Positions 1-10,754 of a DNA stretch of 64,000 bases are shown here, in pieces. Under the pieces are notes generated by a model, which was not told the DNA's origin, did not search any database, and saw only the letters and a program-made list of their open reading frames with translations. Position 1 is the stretch's first letter. Each line of letters starts with the position of its first letter. The position numbers and the translations under genes are program-made. The stretch is from an uncultured Eubacteriales bacterium (GTDB lineage: Bacteria > Bacillota > Clostridia > Oscillospirales > Acutalibacteraceae): positions 98,418-162,417 of the forward strand of contig CAKVAX010000003.1 of assembly GCA_934725425.1 (NCBI GenBank), given 5' to 3'.

Positions 1-243
1 GGTGTAAAGTGCCCAAAATGCGATGGCGACGTCATAAAGCGCACCACCAAGAGAAAAAGAATCTTTTATGGCTGCAGTAAATATCCTGAATGCGATTTTG
101 TATCCTGGGATGAACCGCTAAATGAAAAATGTCCTAAATGTGGCGAGGTGCTTTTCAAAAAGAATACCAAAAATCCAAAAATTTATTGTGCCAACAAAGA
201 ATGTGGGTATGAGAAGGCGGGCGACAATGAAAAGGAAAGTTAA
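1..243 (+). CDS. topA: DNA topoisomerase I, C-terminal zinc-ribbon fragment (5' end outside window)
   Basis: Frame +1 is open from the window edge: [11 protein letters not shown]...[11 protein letters not shown]...CPKCGEVLF...[10 protein letters not shown], ending at TAA 241-243. Tandem CxxC...CxxC ribbons are typical of the TopA C-terminus. topA-trmFO order is common in Firmicutes. Confidence 0.7.
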   Translation, partial: GVKCPKCDGDVIKRTTKRKRIFYGCSKYPECDFVSWDEPLNEKCPKCGEVLFKKNTKNPKIYCANKECGYEKAGDNEKES

Positions 244-1534
244 TGTTATAGGCGCGGGCTTGGCAGGATGTGAGGCAGCGTGGCAGCTCGCTTCTAGAGG
301 TATAGAAGTTAATCTTTTTGATATGAAACCGAATAAATTTTCGCCGGCTCATAAGAACGAAAATTTGTGCGAACTGGTTTGTTCCAATTCCTTTAAAGCG
401 GATAGAATTGACAGCGCTGCAGGACTTTTAAAAGAAGAATTAAGAATTTTAAATTCGCTTATAATTAAGTGTGCGGATAATTGTCGTGTCCCTGCCGGAG
501 GAGCTTTGGCTGTAGACAGAGATAAATTTTCTTCAATGGTTACAGAAAAAATTAAAAATCATCCTCTCATTAATTACATTTCTGAGGAAGTAGAAAATTT
601 TTCAGAAGAAGACATAACGATTATTGCCACGGGACCTTTAACTTCAGAAAAACTATCAAAAACTATATCTAAAATATGTGGTAATGCACTTAGTTTTTTT
701 GATGCAGCTGCCCCCATAATTACATTTGAAAGCATTGATATGAGCAAAGCTTATTTCAAATCTCGATACGACAAGGGCAACGGTGATGATTATTTAAACT
801 GTCCTCTCAGCAAAGATGAGTATATGAATTTTTACAGGGAACTTATTTCTGCCGAACGTGCGCCCCTGCATGATGTAGATGTACAAAATCCGAAAGTATA
901 CGAAGGTTGCATGCCCGTTGAAATTATGGCGCAAAGGGGTGAGGATACATTAAGATTCGGACCTATGAAGCCTGTTGGACTTCGTAATCCGGAAACCGGA
1001 GAAAGCCCTTACGCTGTAGTTCAGCTCAGAAAAGAAAACAAAGAAGGAACCCTCTATAACATGGTCGGATTCCAAACAAACCTTAAATTTCCTGAGCAAA
1101 GAAGAGTTTTTGGAATGATACCCGCCTTAAAAAATGCCGAATTCGTAAGGTACGGAGTAATGCATCGCAATACATTTATTAATTCTCCCAAACTTTTAAA
1201 CAGCAGTTTTAATATGAAAGAGATTCCCAATTTATTTTTTGCCGGACAAATTACAGGCGTGGAAGGATATATGGAATCGGTTTCGTCGGGATTAATAGCA
1301 GGAATAAATGCAGCAAGAAAATTTGGGGGAGAACAGTTGATTTCGCTGCCTGATTTTACTATGATTGGAGCTTTGGAAAAATATATAAGCAATGATGAGA
1401 CTGTGGATTTTCAGCCTATGGGAGCCAATTTTGGCATATTACCGCCATTGACTGAAAAGATTAAAGACAAAAAACTGAGATATGCAAAACTATCTGAAAG
1501 AGCTTTGGAATATATAAAAAATTTGAAAATTTAA
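227..1534 (+). CDS. trmFO: methylenetetrahydrofolate--tRNA-(uracil-5-)-methyltransferase TrmFO (Gid)
   Basis: ORF 122-1534. The likely start is ATG 227 ([23 protein letters not shown] GxGxxG fold). The full-length TrmFO-like pattern includes [15 protein letters not shown]. Confidence 0.9.
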   Translation: MKRKVNVIGAGLAGCEAAWQLASRGIEVNLFDMKPNKFSPAHKNENLCELVCSNSFKADRIDSAAGLLKEELRILNSLIIKCADNCRVPAGGALAVDRDKFSSMVTEKIKNHPLINYISEEVENFSEEDITIIATGPLTSEKLSKTISKICGNALSFFDAAAPIITFESIDMSKAYFKSRYDKGNGDDYLNCPLSKDEYMNFYRELISAERAPLHDVDVQNPKVYEGCMPVEIMAQRGEDTLRFGPMKPVGLRNPETGESPYAVVQLRKENKEGTLYNMVGFQTNLKFPEQRRVFGMIPALKNAEFVRYGVMHRNTFINSPKLLNSSFNMKEIPNLFFAGQITGVEGYMESVSSGLIAGINAARKFGGEQLISLPDFTMIGALEKYISNDETVDFQPMGANFGILPPLTEKIKDKKLRYAKLSERALEYIKNLKI

Positions 1535-1557
1535 ATTTTTTCAAGGAGGAATTTGGT

Positions 1558-2571
1558 ATGAAAATAATAGTAGATGCTTTTGGTGGAGATAACGCTCCTT
1601 TGGAGGTAATAAAAGGGAGCCGCATGGCGGTAGATGAACTGGGCTACGAAATCGTACTGGTCGGAAATGAAAAAATAATAAAGGACGAGGCTGAAAAAAA
1701 TAACATATCACTTAGCGGAATTACAATAGTTCATGCTCCTGATGTAATTTCAATGGACGATGAACCGATGGATGTCATGAAATCAAAAAGCAATTCTTCA
1801 ATGTCTAAAGGCTTGCAGCTGTTGGCTCTGGGAGAGGGAGATGCATTCGTTTCTGGCGGAAATAGCGGAGCTCTTGCAGTGGGCGCAACTCTTAAAGTTA
1901 AAAGGATAAAAGGAATAAAAAGATGCGCATTCGCACCGGTTATTCCTAAGGACAAAGGCTTTTTTATGCTCATTGACAGTGGCGCGAACGTAGAGTGCCG
2001 TCCTGAAATGTTAAGACAATTTGCTGTTATGGGGTATATATACATGAAAAATGTCATGGTTGTTGAAAATCCCAGAGTTGGTCTTGCTAATGTAGGTACC
2101 GAAAAAACTAAGGGCGATGAACTTAGATATGAAACTTTCAATCTTCTTCAAGAAACCAAAAATATTAATTTTATAGGTAATATCGAAGCTCGCGATATAC
2201 CTCGAGATATAGCGGATGTAGTAGTTGCTGACGGATTTACCGGAAATATAATACTTAAACTTTATGAAGGAATGGCCAGATCTGTTTTTGGAAAAATTAA
2301 GGACATTTTCAAACAAAATTTCAAAGGCAAGTTAGCAGCGTCTCTTATCATGCCGGAACTTAAAGAGTTGAAAAAAAGTATGGACTATAGCGAGCACGGC
2401 GGAGCACCTCTTATGGGTATTTCAAAACCTGTGTTTAAAGCTCACGGAAGTTCTGACGCCAAAACATTCAAAAACGCAATACGTCTTGCGGGCGAATATG
2501 TAAAGAGAAATGTGGTTGAGCTTATTTCCAAATCTCTTGAAGAGTATAATTCTTCTGAATCTGAAAAATAA
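1558..2571 (+). CDS. plsX: phosphate acyltransferase PlsX
   Basis: MKIIVDAFGGDNAP N-terminus and 337 aa length. An SD (aaggagg) lies upstream. plsX-rnc-ftsY context fits. Confidence 0.9.
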   Translation: MKIIVDAFGGDNAPLEVIKGSRMAVDELGYEIVLVGNEKIIKDEAEKNNISLSGITIVHAPDVISMDDEPMDVMKSKSNSSMSKGLQLLALGEGDAFVSGGNSGALAVGATLKVKRIKGIKRCAFAPVIPKDKGFFMLIDSGANVECRPEMLRQFAVMGYIYMKNVMVVENPRVGLANVGTEKTKGDELRYETFNLLQETKNINFIGNIEARDIPRDIADVVVADGFTGNIILKLYEGMARSVFGKIKDIFKQNFKGKLAASLIMPELKELKKSMDYSEHGGAPLMGISKPVFKAHGSSDAKTFKNAIRLAGEYVKRNVVELISKSLEEYNSSESEK

Positions 2572-2600
2572 TTTAATTTTTAAAGTGAGGTGAGTTTGTT

Positions 2601-3275
2601 ATGACAGAACTTGAAAATAAAATAGGATATAAATTTAGCAATCAAAAACTCCTAAAAATAGCGTTAACTCATTCCTCTTACGCGAATGAATCCGGGGGCA
2701 GATTTGAAAGTTACGAAAGGCTGGAATTTTTGGGTGATTCTATTTTAGGGATGGTTACTTCTGACTATATTTTTAAAAATTATCCCAAGTACCCCGAAGG
2801 AGATCTCACAAAATTAAGATCCTCTTTGGTTTGCGAAAAGCAGCTTTGTATATTTTCTAAAGAATTAAATATTTCAAAATTTATCAAATTGAGCAAAGGC
2901 GAACACCATTGTGGAGGTCAAAACAGGCCATCTATTTTGGCAGACATATTCGAAGCCATTTGTGCGGCAATATATTTGGATGGCGGTTTGGCGGCGGCTT
3001 CTGAATTCATTTTGAGATTTATAATTCCGGCTTTAAAGCATCCCATGATTCCAGATATTCATGATTACAAAACCGACTTACAAGAAATAGTTCAACGTAA
3101 TCCCGAAGAAACGATTGAATACGTCCTTGTTAAAGAATCGGGTCCTGACCATAATAAAAGATTTACAGTAGAAGCTAAAATAAATAATAATACTGTAGGC
3201 AGAGGAACAGGCAGGAGCAAAAAAGAAGCCGAACAACACGCCGCCCGTGAAACTTTATCCCTCATGGGATACTAA
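2601..3275 (+). CDS. rnc: ribonuclease III
   Basis: RNase III signature ERLEFLGDSIL plus a C-terminal dsRBD (GRGTGRSKKEAEQHAA). Confidence 0.92.
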   Translation: MTELENKIGYKFSNQKLLKIALTHSSYANESGGRFESYERLEFLGDSILGMVTSDYIFKNYPKYPEGDLTKLRSSLVCEKQLCIFSKELNISKFIKLSKGEHHCGGQNRPSILADIFEAICAAIYLDGGLAAASEFILRFIIPALKHPMIPDIHDYKTDLQEIVQRNPEETIEYVLVKESGPDHNKRFTVEAKINNNTVGRGTGRSKKEAEQHAARETLSLMGY

Positions 3276-3291
3276 TTTGTGGGAGGATTAT

Positions 3292-4215
3292 ATGTCGTTT
3301 TTTAAAAAGTTAAAAGAAGGATTAACCAAAACACGTAATAATATTTCAGCAAAAATAGAATCCGTTATCAATTCTTTTACACGAATAGATGAAGAATTTT
3401 TTGAAACGCTTGAAGAAATTTTAATTTCCGGAGATATAGGTATAGAAACATCTCAAAAACTTTGTGACGATTTGAGGCAAGAAGTTAAAAAGCACGGAGT
3501 GACAGACCCCTTTGAAATAAGAAAATTGCTGAAAAACATAATGATAGAATCTCTTGCCGGTGAAAATGAGCTCTTAATTTCGTCCAAACCGTCAATAATT
3601 TTGGTTTTAGGTGTGAATGGAGTTGGCAAAACCACTACAATAGGGAAACTTGCGTATAGACTAAAAAATGACGGAAAGAAAGTTCTTTTGGCTGCTGCTG
3701 ATACTTTTAGAGCTGCCGCCGCGGAACAGCTGGATATTTGGGCAAAAAGAGCCAATTGTCCGATAGTTAAACAGCCTGAAGGCTCCGACCCTGCCGCAGT
3801 GGTTTTTGACGCTATATCCTCTGCAAAATCAAAAAATATAGATGTGGTTATATGTGATACCGCAGGAAGGCTTCACAATAAGAAAAATTTAATGGGAGAA
3901 CTTGAAAAAATAAACAGAATAATTTTAAGAGAATTGCCTGATTCCTCAAAGGAAATATTGCTTGTTCTGGATGCTTCCACCGGACAAAATGGTATCAATC
4001 AAGCTGTTGAATTCGGGAAATCTCTTGATATTACGGGAATAATTTTGACTAAACTTGACGGAACTGCCAGAGGCGGAATAATTCTTTCTATAAAGAAAAA
4101 ACTCGGTGTTCCCGTGAAATTTATAGGAGTCGGCGAAGGAATCGAAGATTTGCGGCCGTTTAATGCCGAAGAATTTGTTAATGCAATTTTTGAAAGCGAG
4201 GAATCTGATAACTAA
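3292..4215 (+). CDS. ftsY: signal recognition particle receptor FtsY
   Basis: Start moved to ATG 3292 behind SD gggagga ([11 protein letters not shown]). SRP-GTPase motifs [15 protein letters not shown] and TKLDG are present. Confidence 0.92.
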   Translation: MSFFKKLKEGLTKTRNNISAKIESVINSFTRIDEEFFETLEEILISGDIGIETSQKLCDDLRQEVKKHGVTDPFEIRKLLKNIMIESLAGENELLISSKPSIILVLGVNGVGKTTTIGKLAYRLKNDGKKVLLAAADTFRAAAAEQLDIWAKRANCPIVKQPEGSDPAAVVFDAISSAKSKNIDVVICDTAGRLHNKKNLMGELEKINRIILRELPDSSKEILLVLDASTGQNGINQAVEFGKSLDITGIILTKLDGTARGGIILSIKKKLGVPVKFIGVGEGIEDLRPFNAEEFVNAIFESEESDN

Positions 4216-4784
4216 TGCAAAGTTACGAATACTATAAAAATGAACTTGAAAAAATTCTTTCACCGAAGAGATTTAATCACTCCGTAAATGTTTCGTTAAT
4301 GGCTGAAAAATTAGCGAAAAATTATGGAGTTGATTCGGAAAAAGCCAAATTGGCGGGACTTTTGCACGATATATGCAAAGAAAAACCTGATGAGGAAAAT
4401 ATTGAACTATCGAAAAAGAACGGATATTTTGCTTATTCGGATAAAATTAACTCCATTAAAATTTTACACGGTCCTGCAGCGTCATTTTTTCTAAAAGAAA
4501 AGTACGGTATAACCGATAACGAAATATTAAATGCGGTAAAATATCATACCACGGGCAGAAAAAACATGACTTTGTTTGAAAAAATAATATTCACGGCTGA
4601 TTATGTTTCTTCGGAGAGAGATTGGCCTGATGTGGAAGAAGTCCGTAATGTGGCATTTAAAAATATTGACGAAGCGGTACTTATAAAATGTGTTTGTGCA
4701 ATCAAAAAATGTATAAATAATTCTCAGAGTATAGATATTAATACAGCGGAACTTTATAATGAATTAATTACGAGGATGGGTTAA
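4215..4784 (+). CDS. yqeK: HD-domain bis(5'-nucleosyl)-tetraphosphatase YqeK-like
   Basis: HD motif (LLHDICKE) and YHTTGR. The position directly upstream of rsfS matches the conserved yqeK-rsfS pair. Confidence 0.75.
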   Translation: MQSYEYYKNELEKILSPKRFNHSVNVSLMAEKLAKNYGVDSEKAKLAGLLHDICKEKPDEENIELSKKNGYFAYSDKINSIKILHGPAASFFLKEKYGITDNEILNAVKYHTTGRKNMTLFEKIIFTADYVSSERDWPDVEEVRNVAFKNIDEAVLIKCVCAIKKCINNSQSIDINTAELYNELITRMG

Positions 4785-5102
4785 ATGAATTCACAAGAAC
4801 TTGCAAACAAAATAAAAGAAATACTTGACGACAAAAAAGGAATAGATATCGAGATAATACATGTAGGAGAAAAAACAACTCTTACAGAGTATTTTGTAAT
4901 TGTTACAGGTACAAGCAGTACGCATGTAAAAGCTTTGGCAGGAGAAGTGGAAGCCAAATTGTCGGAAGAAGGAATGGTTCCTTTGAATTTTGAAAGAAAG
5001 ATGTCCGATTCATGGATAGCTCTCGATTATAAAGATGTAATAGTGCATGTATTTTCCCAAGAAGCGAGAGAGCTTTATGATTTGGAAAAACTCTGGAAAT
5101 AA
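4785..5102 (+). CDS. rsfS: ribosome silencing factor RsfS (iojap)
   Basis: 105 aa with an iojap-like pattern (YFVIVTGTSSTHVKALA...WIALDYKDVIVHVF). Confidence 0.85.
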   Translation: MNSQELANKIKEILDDKKGIDIEIIHVGEKTTLTEYFVIVTGTSSTHVKALAGEVEAKLSEEGMVPLNFERKMSDSWIALDYKDVIVHVFSQEARELYDLEKLWK

Positions 5103-5127
5103 AATTAAGTGAATGAAGTGATAAATC

Positions 5128-7518
5128 ATGAAAAAAATTTTTGAAAAATATACTCCTGAAAATATAGAAAAAAAATGGCAAAAAATTTGGGAAGAAAAGT
5201 CTGCTTTTCACGCAAAAAACGAATATAATAAACCTAAATTTTATGCTCTCGTGGAATTTCCTTATCCTTCGGGACAAGGTTTGCACGTCGGTCATCCCAG
5301 AAGTTATACGGCGCTTGATATAGTCGCACGAAAAAAAAGAATGCAAGGCTACAATGTTCTTTATCCGATGGGGTGGGATGCTTTCGGGCTTCCGACTGAA
5401 AATTACGCCATAAAGAACAAGATTCATCCGAGAATCGTAACAGAAAAAAATATATCAAGATTCAAAAGTCAGCTACAAGCTTTAGGGCTTTCTTTTGACT
5501 GGAGTAGAGAGATAGATACCACCGACCCTTCTTATTACAAGTGGACTCAGTGGATATTTTTGCAGATGTTTAAAAAGGGTTTAGCATATAAGAGTGAAGC
5601 AACTGTAAACTGGTGTACATCGTGTAAGTGCGTTTTAGCCAACGAAGAAGTTGTAAACGGAGTTTGTGAGCGATGCGGAAGCGAAGTCATACATAAAGTT
5701 AAATCTCAATGGATGCTCAAAATCACAGAATATGCACAAAGACTCATAGACGATTTGGAGCTTGTAGATTACCCCGAAAGAGTAAAAGCTCAGCAAATTA
5801 ATTGGATAGGACGTTCAACAGGTGCGGAAATTGATTTTTCAACCAGTGTAGGTAAAAATCTTAAGGTATATACTACTCGTCCCGATACGATTTTTGGCGT
5901 TACATATATGGTCATTTCGCCTGAACATCCCATTATAGAAGAATTTAAAAATGAGATTGAAAACATAACCGAAATCGAAAATTACAGACAAGAAGCGAGT
6001 AAAAAATCTGATTTTCAAAGAACTGAACTCAATAAAGATAAAACAGGCGTGAAAATAGAGGGAATAACCGCCAAGAACCCTGTAAGCGGAAAAGAAATAC
6101 CTATTTTCGTATCCGATTATGTTTTGATGAGCTATGCTCAAGGAGCGATAATGGCGGTTCCTGCGCACGATGAGAGAGATAAAGCGTTTGCCAATAAATA
6201 TAATCTCCCGATTTTAGAAGTAATCGACGGAAACGGGAAAGTTATTAATTCAGAATTTTTAAACGGCAAAGATTCAAAAGAAGCCAAATCTGAAATTATT
6301 TCTTATCTTGAAAAAAATGGTATAGGAAAAGCCAAAGTTAATTATAAACTTCGTGACTGGGTATTTTCTCGCCAGCGCTACTGGGGAGAACCGATTCCGA
6401 TAATTCACTGCGAAAAGTGCGGATATGTTCCTGTTCCCGAATCGGAATTGCCTCTTAATTTGCCTGATATAGAAGATTTTGAGTCTCTCGAAGGCGGCGA
6501 ATCTCCGCTGGATAATATTTCTTCGTGGGTAAATACTACCTGTCCGCATTGCGGAGGAAAAGCCAAACGTGAAACTGATACAATGCCGCAATGGGCGGGC
6601 TCTTCATGGTATTTTCTTCGTTATCTTGATCCGCATAATAATAAAAATCTTGCTGATCCGGATGCTATTAGATATTGGATGCCTGTGGATTGGTACAACG
6701 GGGGAATGGAGCATACTACTCTCCACCTGCTTTACAGTCGTTTCTGGTACAAATTTTTGTATGATATAGGGATCGCACCCGGTCCTGAACCATATAAAAA
6801 ACGAACCAGTCACGGAATGATTCTCGGAGAAAATAATGAAAAAATGAGTAAATCCAGAGGTAATGTTGTTAACCCCGATGATATCGTTAAAGAATTCGGG
6901 GCAGATACTTTGCGTATTTATGAAATGTTTATTGGCGATTTTGAGAAACCGGCTCCGTGGAATACAGCCGGAATCAAAGGTAGCCGCAGATTTATAGAAA
7001 GATACTGGGGTTTAAGAGAAATTCTTGATGATAATAAAGGTGCAGTAAGTTCAAAATTGGAAACCGCTTTTCATAAAACAATTAAAAAAGTCCAAGAAGA
7101 TATCGACAATCTAAAATTCAATACGGCTGTTGCAGCTCTTATGGGGCTTATAAACAACATATACGACGAAGGATTTATAACATCGGAATATTTGAGAATT
7201 TTTACACTTCTTTTAAATCCTTTTGCTCCGCACGTCACGGAAGAAGTGTGGTCGGAGTGCAAATTGGGAGAAGGCTTTGCATCGCTTGCTTTATGGCCGC
7301 AGTATGACGAAAAAAAATGCATTGAAAATGAAGTTCCTGTAGTTCTTCAAGTCAACGGAAAAATGAGAGGCAAGGTACTTGCTCCGATTGGAATTTCTCA
7401 GGATGAAATTTTGGAATCAGCGAAAAAAGAAGAAAGTTTTAACAGGGCTATCGAAGGAAAAAATATCGTAAAAGTGATATATGTTCCCGGAAGAATATTA
7501 AATGTCGTAGCCAAATAA
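5128..7518 (+). CDS. leuS: leucine--tRNA ligase
   Basis: 796 aa. Class I motifs HVGHPRSY (HIGH) and KMSKSRGN (KMSKS) are present, plus the Zn-finger insertion CTSCKC...CERCG. Confidence 0.95.
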   Translation: MKKIFEKYTPENIEKKWQKIWEEKSAFHAKNEYNKPKFYALVEFPYPSGQGLHVGHPRSYTALDIVARKKRMQGYNVLYPMGWDAFGLPTENYAIKNKIHPRIVTEKNISRFKSQLQALGLSFDWSREIDTTDPSYYKWTQWIFLQMFKKGLAYKSEATVNWCTSCKCVLANEEVVNGVCERCGSEVIHKVKSQWMLKITEYAQRLIDDLELVDYPERVKAQQINWIGRSTGAEIDFSTSVGKNLKVYTTRPDTIFGVTYMVISPEHPIIEEFKNEIENITEIENYRQEASKKSDFQRTELNKDKTGVKIEGITAKNPVSGKEIPIFVSDYVLMSYAQGAIMAVPAHDERDKAFANKYNLPILEVIDGNGKVINSEFLNGKDSKEAKSEIISYLEKNGIGKAKVNYKLRDWVFSRQRYWGEPIPIIHCEKCGYVPVPESELPLNLPDIEDFESLEGGESPLDNISSWVNTTCPHCGGKAKRETDTMPQWAGSSWYFLRYLDPHNNKNLADPDAIRYWMPVDWYNGGMEHTTLHLLYSRFWYKFLYDIGIAPGPEPYKKRTSHGMILGENNEKMSKSRGNVVNPDDIVKEFGADTLRIYEMFIGDFEKPAPWNTAGIKGSRRFIERYWGLREILDDNKGAVSSKLETAFHKTIKKVQEDIDNLKFNTAVAALMGLINNIYDEGFITSEYLRIFTLLLNPFAPHVTEEVWSECKLGEGFASLALWPQYDEKKCIENEVPVVLQVNGKMRGKVLAPIGISQDEILESAKKEESFNRAIEGKNIVKVIYVPGRILNVVAK

Positions 7519-7579
7519 ATAATAAAACTTGTATTGTTTTGCATAAATTTTATAAAACATTCAATATTGGAGGGATTTA

Positions 7580-10159
7580 ATGGAAAACAGTAACACAGTA
7601 AAAATGATAGACGAACTTGTGATTAAAGCAAGAGATGCTTTAACGCAGTACATGAAAATGAGCCAGACGGATATTGATAAAATCGTAGAAGCAATGGCTC
7701 TTGCAGCTGTTGAAAATCATGTTTTGTTTTCTGAAAAAGCTGCCTTGGAAACCGGACGTGGAATAGTTGAAGATAAAATAATAAAAAACATGTTTGCGTC
7801 GGAATACATTTACAATTCGATAAAAAATCAAAAGACTGTTGGAATAATAGATAAAAACGATGAGGAAAATTATGTAAAAATTGCAGAACCGCTCGGAGTC
7901 GTTGCGGGAGTTACTCCTGTTACAAATCCTACTTCTACGGTTGTATTTAAATCGCTTATATGTGCAAAAACAAGAAATCCGATAATATTTGGTTTTCATC
8001 CCGGAGCTCAAAAGTGTTGCACATTTGCGGCGGAAATTTTAAGAGATGCTGCGATAAAAGCAGGCGCTCCGGAAAACTGTATTCAGTGGATAGAATATCC
8101 GTCAATTGAAGCGACTTCTACACTTATGAATCATTCCGGTATTGACGTTGTGCTTGCGACGGGTGGTTCGGGAATGGTTAAATCGGCCTATTCAACGGGA
8201 AAACCGGCTTTGGGAGTAGGTCCGGGAAACGTACCGTGTTATATTGAAAAAAGTGCAAAATTGGAAAGAGCATGTAATGATTTAATTCTTTCCAAAACTT
8301 TTGATAACGGAATGATTTGTGCTTCGGAACAATCTGTTGTCGTCGATGAAGATATAGCTTCAGAATTCGAAAATATAATGACTAAAAACGGTTGCGTATT
8401 TTTAAGTGAAGAAGATACCGAAAAACTTACCTCTTATATGATAAATCCCGAAAAAGGGACGCTAAACGGAGCTGTTGCAGGAAAAAGTGCCGCTGCAATA
8501 GCTGAATCTTCAGGTATAAATGTTCCGGAAAACACTAAAATTCTTATAGTCAGACTTAAAGGTGTGGGAAAAGATTATCCATTATCCCTAGAAAAGTTGT
8601 CACCGGTACTTTCGTACTACACTGTTAAAGATTCTTCACAGGGACTTGAAAGATGTAAAGAAGTTTTGAAATTTAACGGCGAGGGACATACTGCGGTAAT
8701 TCATTCGCAAAATGAGCAAATAATTGAAAAATTCGGAGAAATTATGGATGCCGGAAGAATTATAGTAAATTCCCCGTCTTCTCAGGGTGCAATCGGAGAC
8801 ATATATAACTGCGCAACACCATCGCTTACTCTCGGATGCGGTTCAAAAGGAAAAAATTCCACAACCGATAATGTTTCTGTTAATAATCTTTTAAACATAA
8901 AAAGAATATTCAAAAGAAGGGTTAATATGCAGTGGTTTAAAGTTCCGGCGAAAATATATTTTGAAAAAGGTTCGATTTCGTATCTTGAAGATATGCCGAA
9001 CATCAGTCGCGTATTTATAGTTACCGATGAAACAATGGTTAAGCTCGGAAACGTTCAGAAAATAATGTATCATTTGAACAAGAGAAATGATAATTGTCAA
9101 ATTGAAGTATTTTCAAGCGTAAGCCCCGATCCCGATGTTGAGACTGTTTGGAGCGGACTTGAGGTTATGAAGCGATTCTCTCCCGATGCGATAATTGCTT
9201 TAGGAGGAGGTTCTCCGATAGATGCAGCAAAAGCCATGTGGATGTTTTATGAATATCCCGAACTCGATTTTGAGGGATTAAAGCTCAAATTTATGGATAT
9301 AAGAAAGAGAGCTTTCAGGTATCCTAACTCCCATAAAATACCGTTGATTGCGGTTCCCACTACTTCGGGAACAGGTTCGGAAGTAACGTCATTTGCGGTT
9401 ATTACGGATAAAAAAGAAAACATAAAATATCCTCTTGCTGATTATTTTCTGACTCCCAGCGTTGCCATAATCGACCCTGATTTTGTATCTTCTCTTCCTA
9501 AATCTCCCACAGCCGATACCGGTATGGATGTACTTACTCATGCGATTGAAGCGTATGTTTCCACCATGGCAAGTGACTATACCGATGCTCTTGCGGAAAA
9601 ATCAATAAAATTGGTTTTTAAATACCTAAAGAGAGCCTATGAAGACGGAAATAACGACCCTGAAGCTCGTGAAAAAATGCACAATGCCTCTTGTATTGCG
9701 GGAATGGCGTTTACAAATGCATTTCTGGGATTAAATCATTCTATGGCTCATAAGCTCGGCGGTGAGTTTCATGTTCCTCATGGAAGAGCCAATGCGATTT
9801 TGTTGCCGTATGTGATAAAATACAATGCATCACTTCCGTCAAAGTTTGCTGCGTTCCCCAAATATGAAAGCTACAAAGCAGATAAAAGGTATGCCGAGAT
9901 TGCAGAAATGATAGGTGTTCCGGGAAAGGATACCGTGCAAAGCGTTGATAACCTGATAGAAGCAATTGAAAAGATGAACAAATCTCTTAATATACCGCTC
10001 AGCCTTAAGGAATACGGTATTTCTGAGGAAGAATTTTTAAATAAAGTTGATATGCTTTCCAAACTTGCTCACGAAGATCAGTGTACCGGTACGAATCCGA
10101 GATATCCTCTTATAAGTGAGATAAAAGATATCTATTTGAAGTGCTATTACGGAGAATAA
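7580..10159 (+). CDS. adhE: bifunctional acetaldehyde-CoA/alcohol dehydrogenase AdhE
   Basis: 859 aa. An N-terminal ALDH domain (catalytic MICASEQS region) is fused to a C-terminal Fe-ADH domain (GGGSPIDAAK, HxxxH metal site HSMAHKLGGEFHVPHG). Confidence 0.93.
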   Translation: MENSNTVKMIDELVIKARDALTQYMKMSQTDIDKIVEAMALAAVENHVLFSEKAALETGRGIVEDKIIKNMFASEYIYNSIKNQKTVGIIDKNDEENYVKIAEPLGVVAGVTPVTNPTSTVVFKSLICAKTRNPIIFGFHPGAQKCCTFAAEILRDAAIKAGAPENCIQWIEYPSIEATSTLMNHSGIDVVLATGGSGMVKSAYSTGKPALGVGPGNVPCYIEKSAKLERACNDLILSKTFDNGMICASEQSVVVDEDIASEFENIMTKNGCVFLSEEDTEKLTSYMINPEKGTLNGAVAGKSAAAIAESSGINVPENTKILIVRLKGVGKDYPLSLEKLSPVLSYYTVKDSSQGLERCKEVLKFNGEGHTAVIHSQNEQIIEKFGEIMDAGRIIVNSPSSQGAIGDIYNCATPSLTLGCGSKGKNSTTDNVSVNNLLNIKRIFKRRVNMQWFKVPAKIYFEKGSISYLEDMPNISRVFIVTDETMVKLGNVQKIMYHLNKRNDNCQIEVFSSVSPDPDVETVWSGLEVMKRFSPDAIIALGGGSPIDAAKAMWMFYEYPELDFEGLKLKFMDIRKRAFRYPNSHKIPLIAVPTTSGTGSEVTSFAVITDKKENIKYPLADYFLTPSVAIIDPDFVSSLPKSPTADTGMDVLTHAIEAYVSTMASDYTDALAEKSIKLVFKYLKRAYEDGNNDPEAREKMHNASCIAGMAFTNAFLGLNHSMAHKLGGEFHVPHGRANAILLPYVIKYNASLPSKFAAFPKYESYKADKRYAEIAEMIGVPGKDTVQSVDNLIEAIEKMNKSLNIPLSLKEYGISEEEFLNKVDMLSKLAHEDQCTGTNPRYPLISEIKDIYLKCYYGE

Positions 10160-10165
10160 AATCAA

Positions 10166-10200
10166 TCCACTACAGATACAATTTTGTAGTGGATTTTTTT
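10166..10200. terminator. bidirectional intrinsic terminator between adhE (+) and ruvX (-)
   Basis: Perfect 9-bp stem tccactaca (10166-10174) / tgtagtgga (10185-10193), followed by a T7 run. Confidence 0.7.
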
Positions 10201-10618
10201 ACAGAGAATTTTTTCTAAACTCCAGATAGTTTTCAAGTATAATCGATGCGCTCAAAGTATCAATTATATTTTTCCTTTTTTTGCCACGAGTATTTGTATG
10301 GTTAAGATAATTATGAGCAGCGATGGTGGTTCTTCGCTCGTCCCAGAGATTTATGGGAATATTTATTTTTTCTCTGAGAATCTCGGCGAATTTTTGAGCT
10401 CTTTCTGCGCTTTCGCCCAAACTCCCGTCCATATTTTTAGGCAACCCTATGACCGCCATTTCGACTTTATAAGAGGTTAAATTTTCTATTATTTTCATAA
10501 TTAATTTTTCGTCGTCTTTTTCTTGAATAGTTCCGATTGGAGACGCTAAAATTTCGTTTTTGTCGCAGACCGCCAGACCGGTACGTGCTTTTCCTAAATC
10601 AATGGCCATTATAATCAT
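10199..10618 (-). CDS. ruvX: Holliday junction resolvase-like RuvX/YqgF
   Basis: 139 aa with the YqgF pattern AIDLGKARTGLAV...GLPKNMDGS...DERRTT. Confidence 0.85.
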   Translation of the reverse strand: MIIMAIDLGKARTGLAVCDKNEILASPIGTIQEKDDEKLIMKIIENLTSYKVEMAVIGLPKNMDGSLGESAERAQKFAEILREKINIPINLWDERRTTIAAHNYLNHTNTRGKKRKNIIDTLSASIILENYLEFRKNSL

Positions 10619-10665
10619 ATAAAATGCTCCTTAAAAAAATAATTGTAAAAATATAAAAATAGGTA

Positions 10666-10694
10666 TTGACAAAACATAAAAAAGATGATAAAGT
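10666..10694 (+). promoter_or_regulatory. sigma-A-type promoter of the hrcA-grpE-dnaK-dnaJ operon
   Basis: TTGACA (10666-10671), a 17-nt spacer and TAAAGT (10689-10694), immediately upstream of the CIRCE element. Confidence 0.5.
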
Positions 10695-10702
10695 TTAATT
10701 AG

Positions 10703-10729
10703 TTAGCACTCCAAGCGATTGAGTGCTAA
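10703..10729 (+). promoter_or_regulatory. CIRCE operator (HrcA binding site)
   Basis: TTAGCACTC-N9-GAGTGCTAA, a perfect match to the CIRCE inverted-repeat consensus, located just upstream of hrcA. Confidence 0.92.
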
Positions 10730-10754
10730 TGATCGAAAAGAGAGGTGAATAAAA

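Noticed and set aside
5103-5127. Looked for T-box leaders upstream of leuS (and of glyQS at 44132-44176).
   Set aside because: The intergenic gaps are only 25 and 45 nt, far too short for a T-box. Both genes appear to be internal members of operons.
4903-5427. 174-aa minus-strand ORF spanning the rsfS-leuS junction.
   Set aside because: It is antisense to two confidently called genes and has no SD, motifs or flanking signals.
7519-7579. Looked for a Rex operator (TTGTGAA-N6-TTCACAA-like) upstream of adhE.
   Set aside because: Only a promoter-like TTGTAT-17-ATAAAA is present, and there is no convincing inverted repeat.
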